A stretch of 64,000 nt of DNA from a virus. The stretch spans positions 21,797 to 85,796 of the IMG/VR virus record IMGVR_UViG_3300017987_000070; one strand, given 5' to 3'. Every line of letters starts with the position of its first letter. Within the stretch, counting starts at the first letter, position 1. Under the pieces are notes generated by a model. That model saw only the letters and a list, made by a program, of their open reading frames with translations. It ran no database searches and was not told the DNA's origin. A program made the position numbers and the translations under genes. Positions 55,125 to 63,509 of this stretch are shown here, piece by piece.

Positions 55125-56507
55125 TTAGATTGAACCGTAGATGATGAGGCAGGTAGCGTACACAGCCTCGCAGCCTAGCATACACGCTTCAAGCTCTTGA
55201 AGCTCGGGACCCGGAACGATGACGTCGCGAATCGGGGGAGGGTCCTGACCCGTTTGGTTACGGAAGCGAGCCTCACACCCCTTGTCGCAACCATACTTGA
55301 CACCGGCACAGATGACATACTTACTGATGATATCCTTCACGCCCAACGTGCGAACCTCACCCGCCTCTAGATGCTCACACAGATTGTCATAAGCCTGTAC
55401 GTACTCGGGGAGAGGGACGTACATCGTCATGCTGCCCTCAACAGACTCTTCCATCTTGGTGAGGAAGGGGGGAATCTGCTTTTGCACGTCCCAATCGTCC
55501 GTCCACCGGAGGTTGTTAGCCGCCAGCGTTGCCCTGAAGGCGCCGTGAACCCACTGCTCCACGTTGAGGGAGACTGACCCAGGGTCAAGAGCCTGCCACC
55601 TCATCGTGTCGTTATAAGTGATCTGGAGCACCTGAATCGGGTAGGTTCCCGACTGGTTCTCCACGGGCTCGGCGTCCAGCATGATCGTGAACCCGTAAGC
55701 CTCGGTCGCGTCGTTTCTGCCGCTCGCTTGACTGTAGTCCGCGTTGAACGCGCCCTTGATCACGTACTGACCGTTAGCCCAACCCGACCACACCTCATCA
55801 CCGAACATCTCGAAAGTATCACGAGTCGAACGCGTCGACTGCGGAGGGATTTGACTGAAGCCCGTCTTATCCTCCAAGAAGATCCATGAGGGGCACACCT
55901 CCACATCTTCACGGTCATCCGTGGGGTCGAAGGGGAGGTCCTCCTGCTCCACCGGGAGAGGAATATCGGTGTTGAGGTTCGCGTCAGCCTCGAACGCGAA
56001 CTCGCCAAGGTCTAGTGGGGCCTCACCCGTCAGGTCGTCAAACCGGAGATTATCTCCCCGAAACGACATGGCGAGGTCACCCCCCGAGGTCCACTCCACG
56101 TCTGCTACGGGCTGAGGGCTACTCGTGTCCCGGTACGAGAGCTGAGGGCTCGGCGCGAAGAAGAAGGAGTTAACCGGAGCTTGGTAAACCGTCCCAGGCG
56201 CGGGGTACTGGTACGCGTTGAGCACGAACGAGCCCTGGATTCTTCCTGTTGTGGTGTCCGCCAGAACGACTTCCGTAGCCGAGGGGACGGAAGTCCCGTT
56301 CGATCGCGGCATGAGGATGACGCGATCTCCCGAGAGAGAACCGCCCGACCAAGAGAGGACCCAGTTAGCGTTGGTCACCGGCTGCATGAGAGCTTGTGAC
56401 TCTGTTACAGGGTCAGCCGGAGGCGGAGGCGTGTGGTCAGGGCCACATGCCGAGAGGGCCGCGAGAGCGAGGGTGAGCATAGCGCAAATGCGCAGTCGTG
56501 TATTCAT
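55125..56507 (-). CDS. Lipoprotein 1 with Cys-rich C-terminal helical tail
   Basis: MNTRLRICAMLTLALAALSA-C signal with lipobox; AAGGAAGGA RBS before ATG 56507; paralogous to 56716-58029. Confidence 0.8.
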   Translation of the reverse strand: MNTRLRICAMLTLALAALSACGPDHTPPPPADPVTESQALMQPVTNANWVLSWSGGSLSGDRVILMPRSNGTSVPSATEVVLADTTTGRIQGSFVLNAYQYPAPGTVYQAPVNSFFFAPSPQLSYRDTSSPQPVADVEWTSGGDLAMSFRGDNLRFDDLTGEAPLDLGEFAFEADANLNTDIPLPVEQEDLPFDPTDDREDVEVCPSWIFLEDKTGFSQIPPQSTRSTRDTFEMFGDEVWSGWANGQYVIKGAFNADYSQASGRNDATEAYGFTIMLDAEPVENQSGTYPIQVLQITYNDTMRWQALDPGSVSLNVEQWVHGAFRATLAANNLRWTDDWDVQKQIPPFLTKMEESVEGSMTMYVPLPEYVQAYDNLCEHLEAGEVRTLGVKDIISKYVICAGVKYGCDKGCEARFRNQTGQDPPPIRDVIVPGPELQELEACMLGCEAVYATCLIIYGSI

Positions 56508-56562
56508 ATCCTTCCTTTGCTTTGTCGGGAGGGACCATCCCTCCCTGTTCAAGTCGACGCGA

Positions 56563-56591
56563 AATATAGACCCTGGAGTGTCAGGTGTCAA
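56563..56591 (-). promoter_or_regulatory. Sigma70 promoter TTGACA-N17-TATATT
   Basis: Near consensus. Followed by a 5'UTR hairpin GGGAGGGA/TCCCTCCC (56527-45). Confidence 0.8.
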
Positions 56592-56655
56592 GAACGTTCT
56601 CTACCAAAACCTCCAGGGGTAGCCCGACTGAAGCCTACCGTTCTAAAGCCAAACG

Positions 56656-56696
56656 GAAAAAGGACTTCTCTTCGTTAGGAAGAGAAGTCCTTTTTC
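56656..56696. terminator. Bidirectional intrinsic terminator (perfect 18-bp inverted repeat)
   Basis: GAAAAAGGACTTCTCTTC-GTTAG-GAAGAGAAGTCCTTTTTC. Confidence 0.85.
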
Positions 56697-56715
56697 TTTC
56701 GGAAGACCTTAAGAG

Positions 56716-58029
56716 TCAACCCGGAAGTGCCAAAGCCAGGACTAGACGTGCCGCGTGGGCAATACGAGCATCTTCCATGCAAGCCCAATACTCCGGTCCG
56801 TTGCCGGGGTAAGAATTTTTACACAGGGCCTTGTCGGTTTGGTAGAGGATGATCGAAGCCGCGATAGCGAGCATACGAGGAGAGGTGAAGACCGCGAGCA
56901 AACTGAATCCTTCCTCATCCTCCTCCAACTCCTCACAGTGTGCGTCATACGCCTCGTTATACTGAGGGAGAGGGGCCGAGAAAGACATGTAAAGAGGTAC
57001 GTCATACTCCCAGTAAGGAATGCCGTTGCCCGAATCGTCCACGTAGTCGACCAACATTCCATTGAACTCCCCCGTGAACATACCCTGGTTCCATTCCACG
57101 ATGTCTACGTCAACGTAGCTTCCCTCTGTGATGGTGTTCCAGCGACGGTTGTTATCGCGAGTAGCCTGGAAGACCTGAGCACGGTACGTCCCAAGCTGCC
57201 CTTCGACGAGAAGCTGATCGAAGATGAGCGTCGCGCCGAAGTCCTGCCCGTTCGTGTCGAGGTTGATCTCGAACTTGACGACGAAGTGCTGACCATCCCA
57301 ACCTGAGCGGACTTCATCACCTCCGATGAGGTGTAGCTCTGACGTCGAGCGTTGCGTCTGATTCGGGAACTTCATTTGACCCAGCCCTTTTTCCTCGACA
57401 ACCCATGCGGGGCACGTCTCCCCGTCCAAGATCTCGTCGGATGGGTCGAAAGGAAGAGGGTCTTGAGGAGGTCCGGGTTGCTCATTCAGGGTACTCATGA
57501 GAGAGCGGAACTCGAAGCTCCCGAGCTGGAGAGGCATCGACTCGCCGCCCGGAACCACCGACTCCAACATCTGTCCCCGGATACGAATCTCAACCGTAGT
57601 CGAGTTTTTCCATGACACCTGAGCGGTCACGGTAGAGCCTGGAGCGATCTGGTAGGAAACCCCGACGCCGGGGTTCACCGTGAAGTAAGAAACACCCGTC
57701 GAGTACGTTCCACCGGGCTGATAGTTCGTCAGGTTGAAGCTACCCCCAGGAGGGAAAGCCGCCGAAGAAGTCGAACTCAAAAAAACCTTCTGAGCGCTCG
57801 GCACAGAGGTCCCGCTGTTGCTGTAGGGCATGATGAACTGGTTGTCGCCAACCACATTGCCCGTACCCCAAACCAACTGCCAGTTGGCATTTGCAACCAC
57901 AGGTTGAGTGGCCGTCAGGGTCTCTTCAACCCCCTCCGCACTGTTTGTGGGAGTGCTCATCTCATCGCTACACGCCACAGTGATAGCGGCGCAAAGAGTT
58001 AGGGCCAGAAGGCCCAACCTTACATTCAT
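56716..58029 (-). CDS. Lipoprotein 2 with Cys-containing hydrophobic C-terminal tail
   Basis: MNVRLGLLALTLCAAITVA-C lipobox; AGGAGG RBS before ATG 58029. Shares QPV.NANW.L.W, GTSVPSA, LPFDP.D, CP.W, GDEV.SGW and YD..CE.LE with lipoprotein 1. Confidence 0.8.
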   Translation of the reverse strand: MNVRLGLLALTLCAAITVACSDEMSTPTNSAEGVEETLTATQPVVANANWQLVWGTGNVVGDNQFIMPYSNSGTSVPSAQKVFLSSTSSAAFPPGGSFNLTNYQPGGTYSTGVSYFTVNPGVGVSYQIAPGSTVTAQVSWKNSTTVEIRIRGQMLESVVPGGESMPLQLGSFEFRSLMSTLNEQPGPPQDPLPFDPSDEILDGETCPAWVVEEKGLGQMKFPNQTQRSTSELHLIGGDEVRSGWDGQHFVVKFEINLDTNGQDFGATLIFDQLLVEGQLGTYRAQVFQATRDNNRRWNTITEGSYVDVDIVEWNQGMFTGEFNGMLVDYVDDSGNGIPYWEYDVPLYMSFSAPLPQYNEAYDAHCEELEEDEEGFSLLAVFTSPRMLAIAASIILYQTDKALCKNSYPGNGPEYWACMEDARIAHAARLVLALALPG

Positions 58030-58094
58030 GCAATCCTCCTTAATTTTGGCGTAAATTGCCAAGGGTCTGAGGCACCCCGCCTCAGACGGCCTAA

Positions 58095-58123
58095 GTGATA
58101 GTAGAACTTTAGCCCCGTGTCAA
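58095..58123 (-). promoter_or_regulatory. Sigma70-like promoter TTGACA-N17-TATCAC
   Basis: Perfect -35, imperfect -10. Followed by a 9-bp 5'UTR hairpin GTCTGAGGC/GCCTCAGAC (58065-87). Confidence 0.55.
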
Positions 58124-58134
58124 GAGGTTTTGCA

Positions 58135-58710
58135 TTACCCAATATGCCCAAGCACGAATATAGGGAGCCACACGTTACCAACCCCTCCTTCGAGGTAGAT
58201 TTCACCTGCCAACACGGTTCCGTTTTTCTCCAGAGCACGATACTCGACCACGTAGCTTCGGTAAGCCTCGGGGATGTCTTCCATCCCAACGTACTTCGAG
58301 TGAGAATAGAAGCCTTGCACGTCCTTATACGGCCCTACACGGACGAACGCCATTGAGTCGGTCCACAACTCATCAAAGCTAAACTCGTTCAAATCAGGCT
58401 CGCTTTCAGGAGCTAGAAGGGCTTGTCCCGTCTGGGAGATGGCTTCGATAAGAGTACCGATCGTAAACCTGTACCACTCCCCTTTACCCGACGCCCTTGA
58501 CCTATGAGCAGTTAAGGCGTGGTGCAGGTCTTGCTCCTCGCCGTAGGTTCCCGGCCACATGTGGACGAATTCCAGGTCTTCGTGGTTGCCCGTCTGGACA
58601 CCGGGCAGGCGTCCAGTTGACGGGTCCTCCTTGGTCGTGAAGCCGACCTTATAAACATCATCCCCTACGACCTTGAAGACGTAGAGGATGCCTTGAGTGT
58701 GTCTTTGCAT
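58135..58710 (-). CDS. T5orf172/GIY-YIG-like domain protein
   Basis: LYVF...YKVGFT...RL..VQTGN...EQDLHHAL...R..GEWY. Confidence 0.8.
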   Translation of the reverse strand: MQRHTQGILYVFKVVGDDVYKVGFTTKEDPSTGRLPGVQTGNHEDLEFVHMWPGTYGEEQDLHHALTAHRSRASGKGEWYRFTIGTLIEAISQTGQALLAPESEPDLNEFSFDELWTDSMAFVRVGPYKDVQGFYSHSKYVGMEDIPEAYRSYVVEYRALEKNGTVLAGEIYLEGGVGNVWLPIFVLGHIG

Positions 58711-58713
58711 AGC

Positions 58714-58732
58714 ATCCTCCTTTTGGGAGGAT
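58714..58732 (-). promoter_or_regulatory. 7-bp hairpin occluding the GGAGG RBS of the T5orf172 gene
   Basis: ATCCTCC-CAAAA-GGAGGAT-GCT-ATG on the - strand. Confidence 0.6.
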
Positions 58733-58737
58733 AACGA

Positions 58738-59406
58738 TCAAGACTCGCGCCGTATGTCGGCTCGGGTCTGAAGGAACATGACCTTCAGGTTCCCCGTCTT
58801 CCACTCATGAATAGCCCGGTTCAAGGCTCCCTCACGAGAGGGTTCGTCCAGGGGCGTCGTGTCTACCTTGAGCCCAAGGATCTCGGTGACCACGTAAGGG
58901 CTTTTATCCGACATCACGACATGGTTCATCAGACGCTCGGGCTCAAGCTCCGTGAGGACGTAATCAAACCCGTGCGGGCAGTTGAGGATATGAATCCCCT
59001 CATCATCGTAGAGAGCTTCGTTGGTGGTCATGCCGTCACGGAGGTCCTGAAGGCACTGACGCACCTTGGGAGGGCTCGTGCGGAACCTGCTGTAGTCCTG
59101 GGTTGAACGTGGCACGTTGACCCATAGACCCTCACGCTTCCATGAGATATGGATCTGGTCTAGCGCGTACCCGGACCTCATCAAAGGACGCCTATCGATC
59201 TTGCCCTCGAAGTTGAAGAGCTTGAACCTGACCTCATCGAACCCAGGGTCCAACACCTTGAAGTGATTGATCATCTGGAGATGACTCAGGTTATAGATCA
59301 GGTACTCGAAGTCTTCCAGGGTGGACATGGGATTGGGACCCGTTTCCTCACCCTCGTTGACCCTGGTGACAAACTGTTTGACCGACTCAGTAACCTCTGC
59401 CATCAC
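58738..59406 (-). CDS. Hypothetical protein
   Basis: GTGA-coupled to the kinase gene; typical codon usage. Confidence 0.7.
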   Translation of the reverse strand: MMAEVTESVKQFVTRVNEGEETGPNPMSTLEDFEYLIYNLSHLQMINHFKVLDPGFDEVRFKLFNFEGKIDRRPLMRSGYALDQIHISWKREGLWVNVPRSTQDYSRFRTSPPKVRQCLQDLRDGMTTNEALYDDEGIHILNCPHGFDYVLTELEPERLMNHVVMSDKSPYVVTEILGLKVDTTPLDEPSREGALNRAIHEWKTGNLKVMFLQTRADIRRES

Positions 59407-59927
59407 GAACGCTCCATCTTGGTAAAGCCCGAGGCCGTCGTGTAACGCCAGACCTCATCGAACTTGTCATTCTCAACAAGGGTCTGGAGACCTCCGTTGA
59501 ACTGATCCATCTGCTTGTCAATGACCCACTCAGGGACCACCCTCTCGCGCGAGAGGTTACGATTCTTGCACACGTCGAGGCTCTCGTCCACGACGATCGC
59601 GATGAGCGTGTTCCAGTCATTCTTGGAGGACGTGAGCTGTTTCCGGGCCTTGGGAGTCGTCGAGGTCGCGTCGAAGATCGTCGCCTGCCTGAACCTCATC
59701 CGACCCGCCCACAAGGTATGAGCGAGGTCGAAAGCGTAGCGGGAGCACTTCTGATTCGAGGCGTCTCCCGACACGAGGCGCCGCATCTCATCCGTGGAGA
59801 CGATCATGCCCTCCTCGGGGCAGATCTGGGCCGCGAGGGTAGACTTGCCCGAACCCGAGCACCCAACCATCACCACGCCCACATTTCCCTTCGCAAGCTT
59901 CTCACGCATCTCATTGATATCCATCAC
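59403..59927 (-). CDS. P-loop polynucleotide kinase (AAA_33, Pnkp kinase-like)
   Basis: VMVGCSGSGKSTLA, STDEMR..VSGDASNQ, DAT and CKNRN..RER.VPE.VI..Q match the bacterial Pnkp kinase pattern. Confidence 0.85.
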   Translation of the reverse strand: MMDINEMREKLAKGNVGVVMVGCSGSGKSTLAAQICPEEGMIVSTDEMRRLVSGDASNQKCSRYAFDLAHTLWAGRMRFRQATIFDATSTTPKARKQLTSSKNDWNTLIAIVVDESLDVCKNRNLSRERVVPEWVIDKQMDQFNGGLQTLVENDKFDEVWRYTTASGFTKMERS

Positions 59928-59968
59928 GTACCTCCTCCAGTCTTGGAAACCACTCCCCCCTCGTCTAC

Positions 59969-59997
59969 ATTATAGCAGGCACGTGAGGATTTTTGAA
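59969..59997 (-). promoter_or_regulatory. Sigma70-like promoter TTCAAA-N17-TATAAT with extended -10
   Basis: Copy of the conserved motif with a perfect -10. Confidence 0.8.
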
Positions 59998-59999
59998 AC

Positions 60000-60728
60000 T
60001 TAATTTACCGCGCCAATAGGCTCGAACAGGGACCCGAAGCGAGAGTTCTTCACGTCCTCACCCTCGATCCTGTGATCCTCCGACTCTTCGGCGTAACGAA
60101 TCTCTCCGTCCACGATCTCGTAGGGCTTGGTGAGGATCGTCCCACTGTCAGGGCTCTGAAAGTGAAGGACGATCGCATCCATAGCCTTGGCGTCGTTTGC
60201 GAGATCGATCTTCGAGAGGTCAATATCCTCACCCTCTTCGAACTCGATCTTACGATAACGACTGTCCAGGGACAGGACCGCTCCAAACGCGTCCACGTCG
60301 CGGATCATACGCTTGACCCCAAAGACAACCACGTCTTTCTCGGTATACCCCGTCTGCTGCGTGAGCAAGTCGAGGAAGCTCTGTGCTCCGACCTCGGGAC
60401 CTTCCGGGTGCGTGGAGATCAAGTGGTACACGCCTGCCTCGACGTCGGAAGGCAGCACATCATTACCCGATTGGTTGTACTGAATGCCCCTCATCAGTTC
60501 GATGACCATCGCCGTCTTATCTCTCCCCATCAGCTCGGAGAGGATGATAGTGAACTTCGCCACCTCACCTTCGGGGAGGCCCTCAAACTTGGGGTCCTCC
60601 CCGTCCGAGATAGAGAAGAGAATCGCCAGGGGAACTAGCTTCCCGGTTTCCTTGACCATTGCAGCGTTGATCCCGTCAAGGGCTTCGTGAGTCTCTGCAA
60701 AGAGAGCGTCGAGGTCGATACTGATCAT
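60000..60728 (-). CDS. Hypothetical acidic protein
   Basis: AGGAG RBS; typical codon usage. Confidence 0.7.
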   Translation of the reverse strand: MISIDLDALFAETHEALDGINAAMVKETGKLVPLAILFSISDGEDPKFEGLPEGEVAKFTIILSELMGRDKTAMVIELMRGIQYNQSGNDVLPSDVEAGVYHLISTHPEGPEVGAQSFLDLLTQQTGYTEKDVVVFGVKRMIRDVDAFGAVLSLDSRYRKIEFEEGEDIDLSKIDLANDAKAMDAIVLHFQSPDSGTILTKPYEIVDGEIRYAEESEDHRIEGEDVKNSRFGSLFEPIGAVN

Positions 60729-60750
60729 AGTATGGCTCCTGTGCCAACGT

Positions 60751-60782
60751 AAAAAGCGTGGAGGGGGTTACATCCCCTCCAC
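60751..60782 (-). terminator. Probable intrinsic terminator
   Basis: GTGGAGGGG/CCCCTCCAC stem followed by a T5 tract on the - strand. Confidence 0.6.
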
Positions 60783-60803
60783 TTAGTAACCTGAGATTTC
60801 CTC

Positions 60804-61424
60804 TCAGTTCTTCTCGATAACGAACGGACCCTTGGGACCTTTCCCGAGGCTCCCCTCGAAGTGGTTGAGCATCGCGCTCCAGAGGTCGCGCTTGCCGGTC
60901 TTGGGGACGCTCCACGTCTTGTCCTCGCGGTTGTAGCGGCGGCCCTTAATGGCCCTCACCGCGTCCACGAAGTCTCGGTTGTAGGGGCTCTCGATGGTCA
61001 CCTCGTCGTCGGAGACCGTGATGAGGATGGCGGCCTTGATGCGCTTCTCGACGCGCTCCACAAGCTCCGTGTAGCCCATGACCTTGAGGATACGAAGGGC
61101 GGGCATCGAGACCGCATCCTTCTGGTGAACCGCCACGAACTTGACGAGGTGGTTGGCGGCGGCGCGGGAGTCATCGTTGACGAGACGGCTCCAGACGTAC
61201 CCCCGAATCTCGGAGGCAAGCTCCTTCTCGACGATGGATCGGGTCTCGTCGAGAATCTCCTTGGTGACGGGGAGGGCGTCCTCGTAGAGGTACTTACCCC
61301 GGCAGATGGGGCCAACCCCGAAGTCCACGGAGGTGGCGTCCTTGAGCTGACGACCGCAGCAAGCGCAGTGGGTGGCGACGAGGGTGATGTGAGCGACTTT
61401 GGGGTTCGTGGTCGAGTTCGTCAA
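60804..61424 (-). CDS. DUF6011-like Zn-finger protein with C-terminal HARP/DUF5710-like domain
   Basis: CACCGRQLKDATSVDFGVGPIC; SPYN.DFV..VR.I.GRRYN...KTWSVP. TTG at 61424 follows GGGAG, whereas GTG at 61475 is too close to the -10 box. Confidence 0.65.
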   Translation of the reverse strand: MTNSTTNPKVAHITLVATHCACCGRQLKDATSVDFGVGPICRGKYLYEDALPVTKEILDETRSIVEKELASEIRGYVWSRLVNDDSRAAANHLVKFVAVHQKDAVSMPALRILKVMGYTELVERVEKRIKAAILITVSDDEVTIESPYNRDFVDAVRAIKGRRYNREDKTWSVPKTGKRDLWSAMLNHFEGSLGKGPKGPFVIEKN

Positions 61425-61479
61425 GGTCGTGCTCCCGTTCGGGGTTTGAGTTAGTCTGGCGTCTCCGCCTTGCACTATG

Positions 61480-61508
61480 GTTATAGCAGGGAGTCGGGAG
61501 ATTTTGAA
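61480..61508 (-). promoter_or_regulatory. Sigma70-like promoter TTCAAA-N17-TATAAC with extended -10
   Basis: Copy of the conserved motif. Confidence 0.75.
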
Positions 61509-61510
61509 AG

Positions 61511-61550
61511 AAAAAAAAGAAAAGACCCCCGACTTTTTTGCCGAGGGTCT
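61511..61550 (-). terminator. Probable intrinsic terminator
   Basis: AGACCC...GGGTCT stem followed by a long T tract on the - strand. Confidence 0.6.
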
Positions 61551-61573
61551 CGAATCTTAAGCTTCTATGAGGG

Positions 61574-62146
61574 TTAGAGGAGTCTCTTTATCGCGGGGTT
61601 CTCTCCACCTCGCACCACTTTCCCACCGACGAAGACCTGAGCGATGACCTTGTTCTGCCTCACGAGGTACAGGGAGTTGACCGGAAAAGAGGGATACGGC
61701 TCTAGAGCGCATCTCTCCCAACCCGGAAAGAGATCCGTGTCGTCGTGATACTGCAAGGTCAGGTGAGCCGAGAAGCCGTGGGTTTGGGGTCCCACGTATC
61801 CCGCTCGCCACATCTCAGTCAAAACCTTGTACCTGAGCAAATCCAGGCCCACCGCGTTCATCGTGAGCTTACGGATGAACCGATCGTTCTCGGTATCGTA
61901 GAAGCACCCAGGACCGTTACAGGACATGATCACAGGGACAGAGAAGCTCATCATGGCCGCCTGTAGCGCCTGTATCATCGCCTCATCGTCGTCTGGGCTG
62001 GTATCCCCCACGTAGTAGAGGGTGACGTGTAGGCCCGAGGAAATGAGTTCGGGATGCGCGTGCTTATCCGCCAGGGAGAGGAACTCCTCGGGAGGATAAA
62101 TGGCGATCATCGTAGAGCTTTTCTTTACACCGTCTTGACCCATCAA
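61574..62146 (-). CDS. 2H phosphoesterase (2'-5' RNA ligase/Acb1-like superfamily)
   Basis: Two HxT motifs: LHVTLYY and SAHLTLQY. Confidence 0.85.
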   Translation of the reverse strand: MMGQDGVKKSSTMIAIYPPEEFLSLADKHAHPELISSGLHVTLYYVGDTSPDDDEAMIQALQAAMMSFSVPVIMSCNGPGCFYDTENDRFIRKLTMNAVGLDLLRYKVLTEMWRAGYVGPQTHGFSAHLTLQYHDDTDLFPGWERCALEPYPSFPVNSLYLVRQNKVIAQVFVGGKVVRGGENPAIKRLL

Positions 62147-62151
62147 CGCGC

Positions 62152-62373
62152 TCAGTCGATGTGGCGGTAGGTGATACGGCCCTTGGTCATGTCATAAGGC
62201 GACATCTCCACGACCACGGAGTCCCCTACGAGGATGCGGATGTTGTTCTTGCGCATCCTGCCCGAGATATGGGCCAGGATCTCGAGTTCGTTCTCCAGGG
62301 TCACCCGGAACATGGCGTTGGGGAGTGCCTCAGTCACGGTCCCCTCGACCTCAATCATGTCTGCTTTAGCCAT
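62152..62373 (-). CDS. infA: Translation initiation factor IF-1
   Basis: [24 protein letters not shown]...[33 protein letters not shown] is the canonical IF-1 sequence. Confidence 0.97.
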   Translation of the reverse strand: MAKADMIEVEGTVTEALPNAMFRVTLENELEILAHISGRMRKNNIRILVGDSVVVEMSPYDMTKGRITYRHID

Positions 62374-62992
62374 TGATCTTCCTTCTCATCTTTTCAGCCC
62401 CACGGTATCCCGTGGGACCCGTTTGGTTTTGGTAGCTCGACTGGAACGTCTCGCTTCCGTAAGGGTCTATCTCGCCAGAGACTTCAATGAAGCCTACCTG
62501 ACCTATTTCCATGTGAGGGTACACCCTCGTGGGGTAGGTGACTCGGATTTCCAGGGTCCATTGACCGTCGAATCCTACATCACCCCATCCCGCGCACACA
62601 TGCGACTCCAATCCCAGCCTCGCCATAGATGATCGGCCTTCGTACAGGGGCACATGGTACGGTGAGTATGTCCTCTCAACCGTAGAGCCAATATACAGAG
62701 TACCGGGCTTGAGCACAAGTCCTTTTTGCGGAATCTTTACCAAGCGCTCTACGACGCCTTTTGCGGGGTCGAGTTCGGATTGGGGAACACCTACTAGGTC
62801 ACACCACTTCTCGGGCAGGAGACGGCGCGCTAGTCGTGTCAGAACGCTCGACTGCTCTATGTCATACACGACAAGGGTGTCGTCTAGCCTCACGTTCACC
62901 GAGTTGGGGTTGAACAGTCCAGGCTCCAAGGGCGTGATCTCGATCCTCCCCGCCTCTATCTCACGCTCAATAGCCTCTTTGGTCAAGACCAT
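62366..62992 (-). CDS. dcd: dCTP deaminase
   Basis: [55 protein letters not shown] before ATG 62992. Confidence 0.9.
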   Translation of the reverse strand: MVLTKEAIEREIEAGRIEITPLEPGLFNPNSVNVRLDDTLVVYDIEQSSVLTRLARRLLPEKWCDLVGVPQSELDPAKGVVERLVKIPQKGLVLKPGTLYIGSTVERTYSPYHVPLYEGRSSMARLGLESHVCAGWGDVGFDGQWTLEIRVTYPTRVYPHMEIGQVGFIEVSGEIDPYGSETFQSSYQNQTGPTGYRGAEKMRRKING

Positions 62993-63509
62993 ACTTCCTC
63001 CAATCCGACACGAGAGCCTCGGCTTTCCATGTCGCATAGTAACGACCTTCATCCTTGCCATACCATGTAGGCTTGATGTACTCTTCCTCTTCCAGCCGCT
63101 TGAACAGGTGAAGGTGGTACCGATGTTCCAAGTGCCGGGACACCTCTTCCTTGGTAAACCTCTTGCGTATCACGAGGTAGGTGAGCAACGCCCTGAACTG
63201 ACGGTTAGAGGCTATAGAGGTCACCTCTGCGATCCGTTTGGCTTCGTTCACCTTGTAGTTCTTGGAGTACATGTTCAGGACGAACTGCTTGAGCATGTAC
63301 TGAGGCCCCTTAAGATACTCGGGTAAGCTGTCTACTTTGACCAGGGTCACTTGAGTGGTGTACTTTGGTAAAAGAGGGTCTCTAGTGGTGTGAAGGTCCC
63401 AGATCTTCTCTTGCATGGCAAGCATCACACACAGGTCGGGCTCTTCCCTGTAAAGGCGCAATATCTCGGAATCTTCTAACCTCAAAATGGCGAGAACTTC
63501 TGCTATCAT
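62967..63509 (-). CDS. Hypothetical protein, possible C-terminal winged helix
   Basis: LLTYLV....FTKEEVSRHL...HLFKRLEEEEYI......GRYYAT.KA resembles a wHTH. Confidence 0.55.
   Translation of the reverse strand: MIAEVLAILRLEDSEILRLYREEPDLCVMLAMQEKIWDLHTTRDPLLPKYTTQVTLVKVDSLPEYLKGPQYMLKQFVLNMYSKNYKVNEAKRIAEVTSIASNRQFRALLTYLVIRKRFTKEEVSRHLEHRYHLHLFKRLEEEEYIKPTWYGKDEGRYYATWKAEALVSDWRKYGLDQRGY

Noticed and set aside
62152-62373. infA as evidence of a bacterial chromosome
   Set aside because: There is no rpmJ/rpsM/map/adk context. The flanks are phage-like, and IF-1 is known from large phages.
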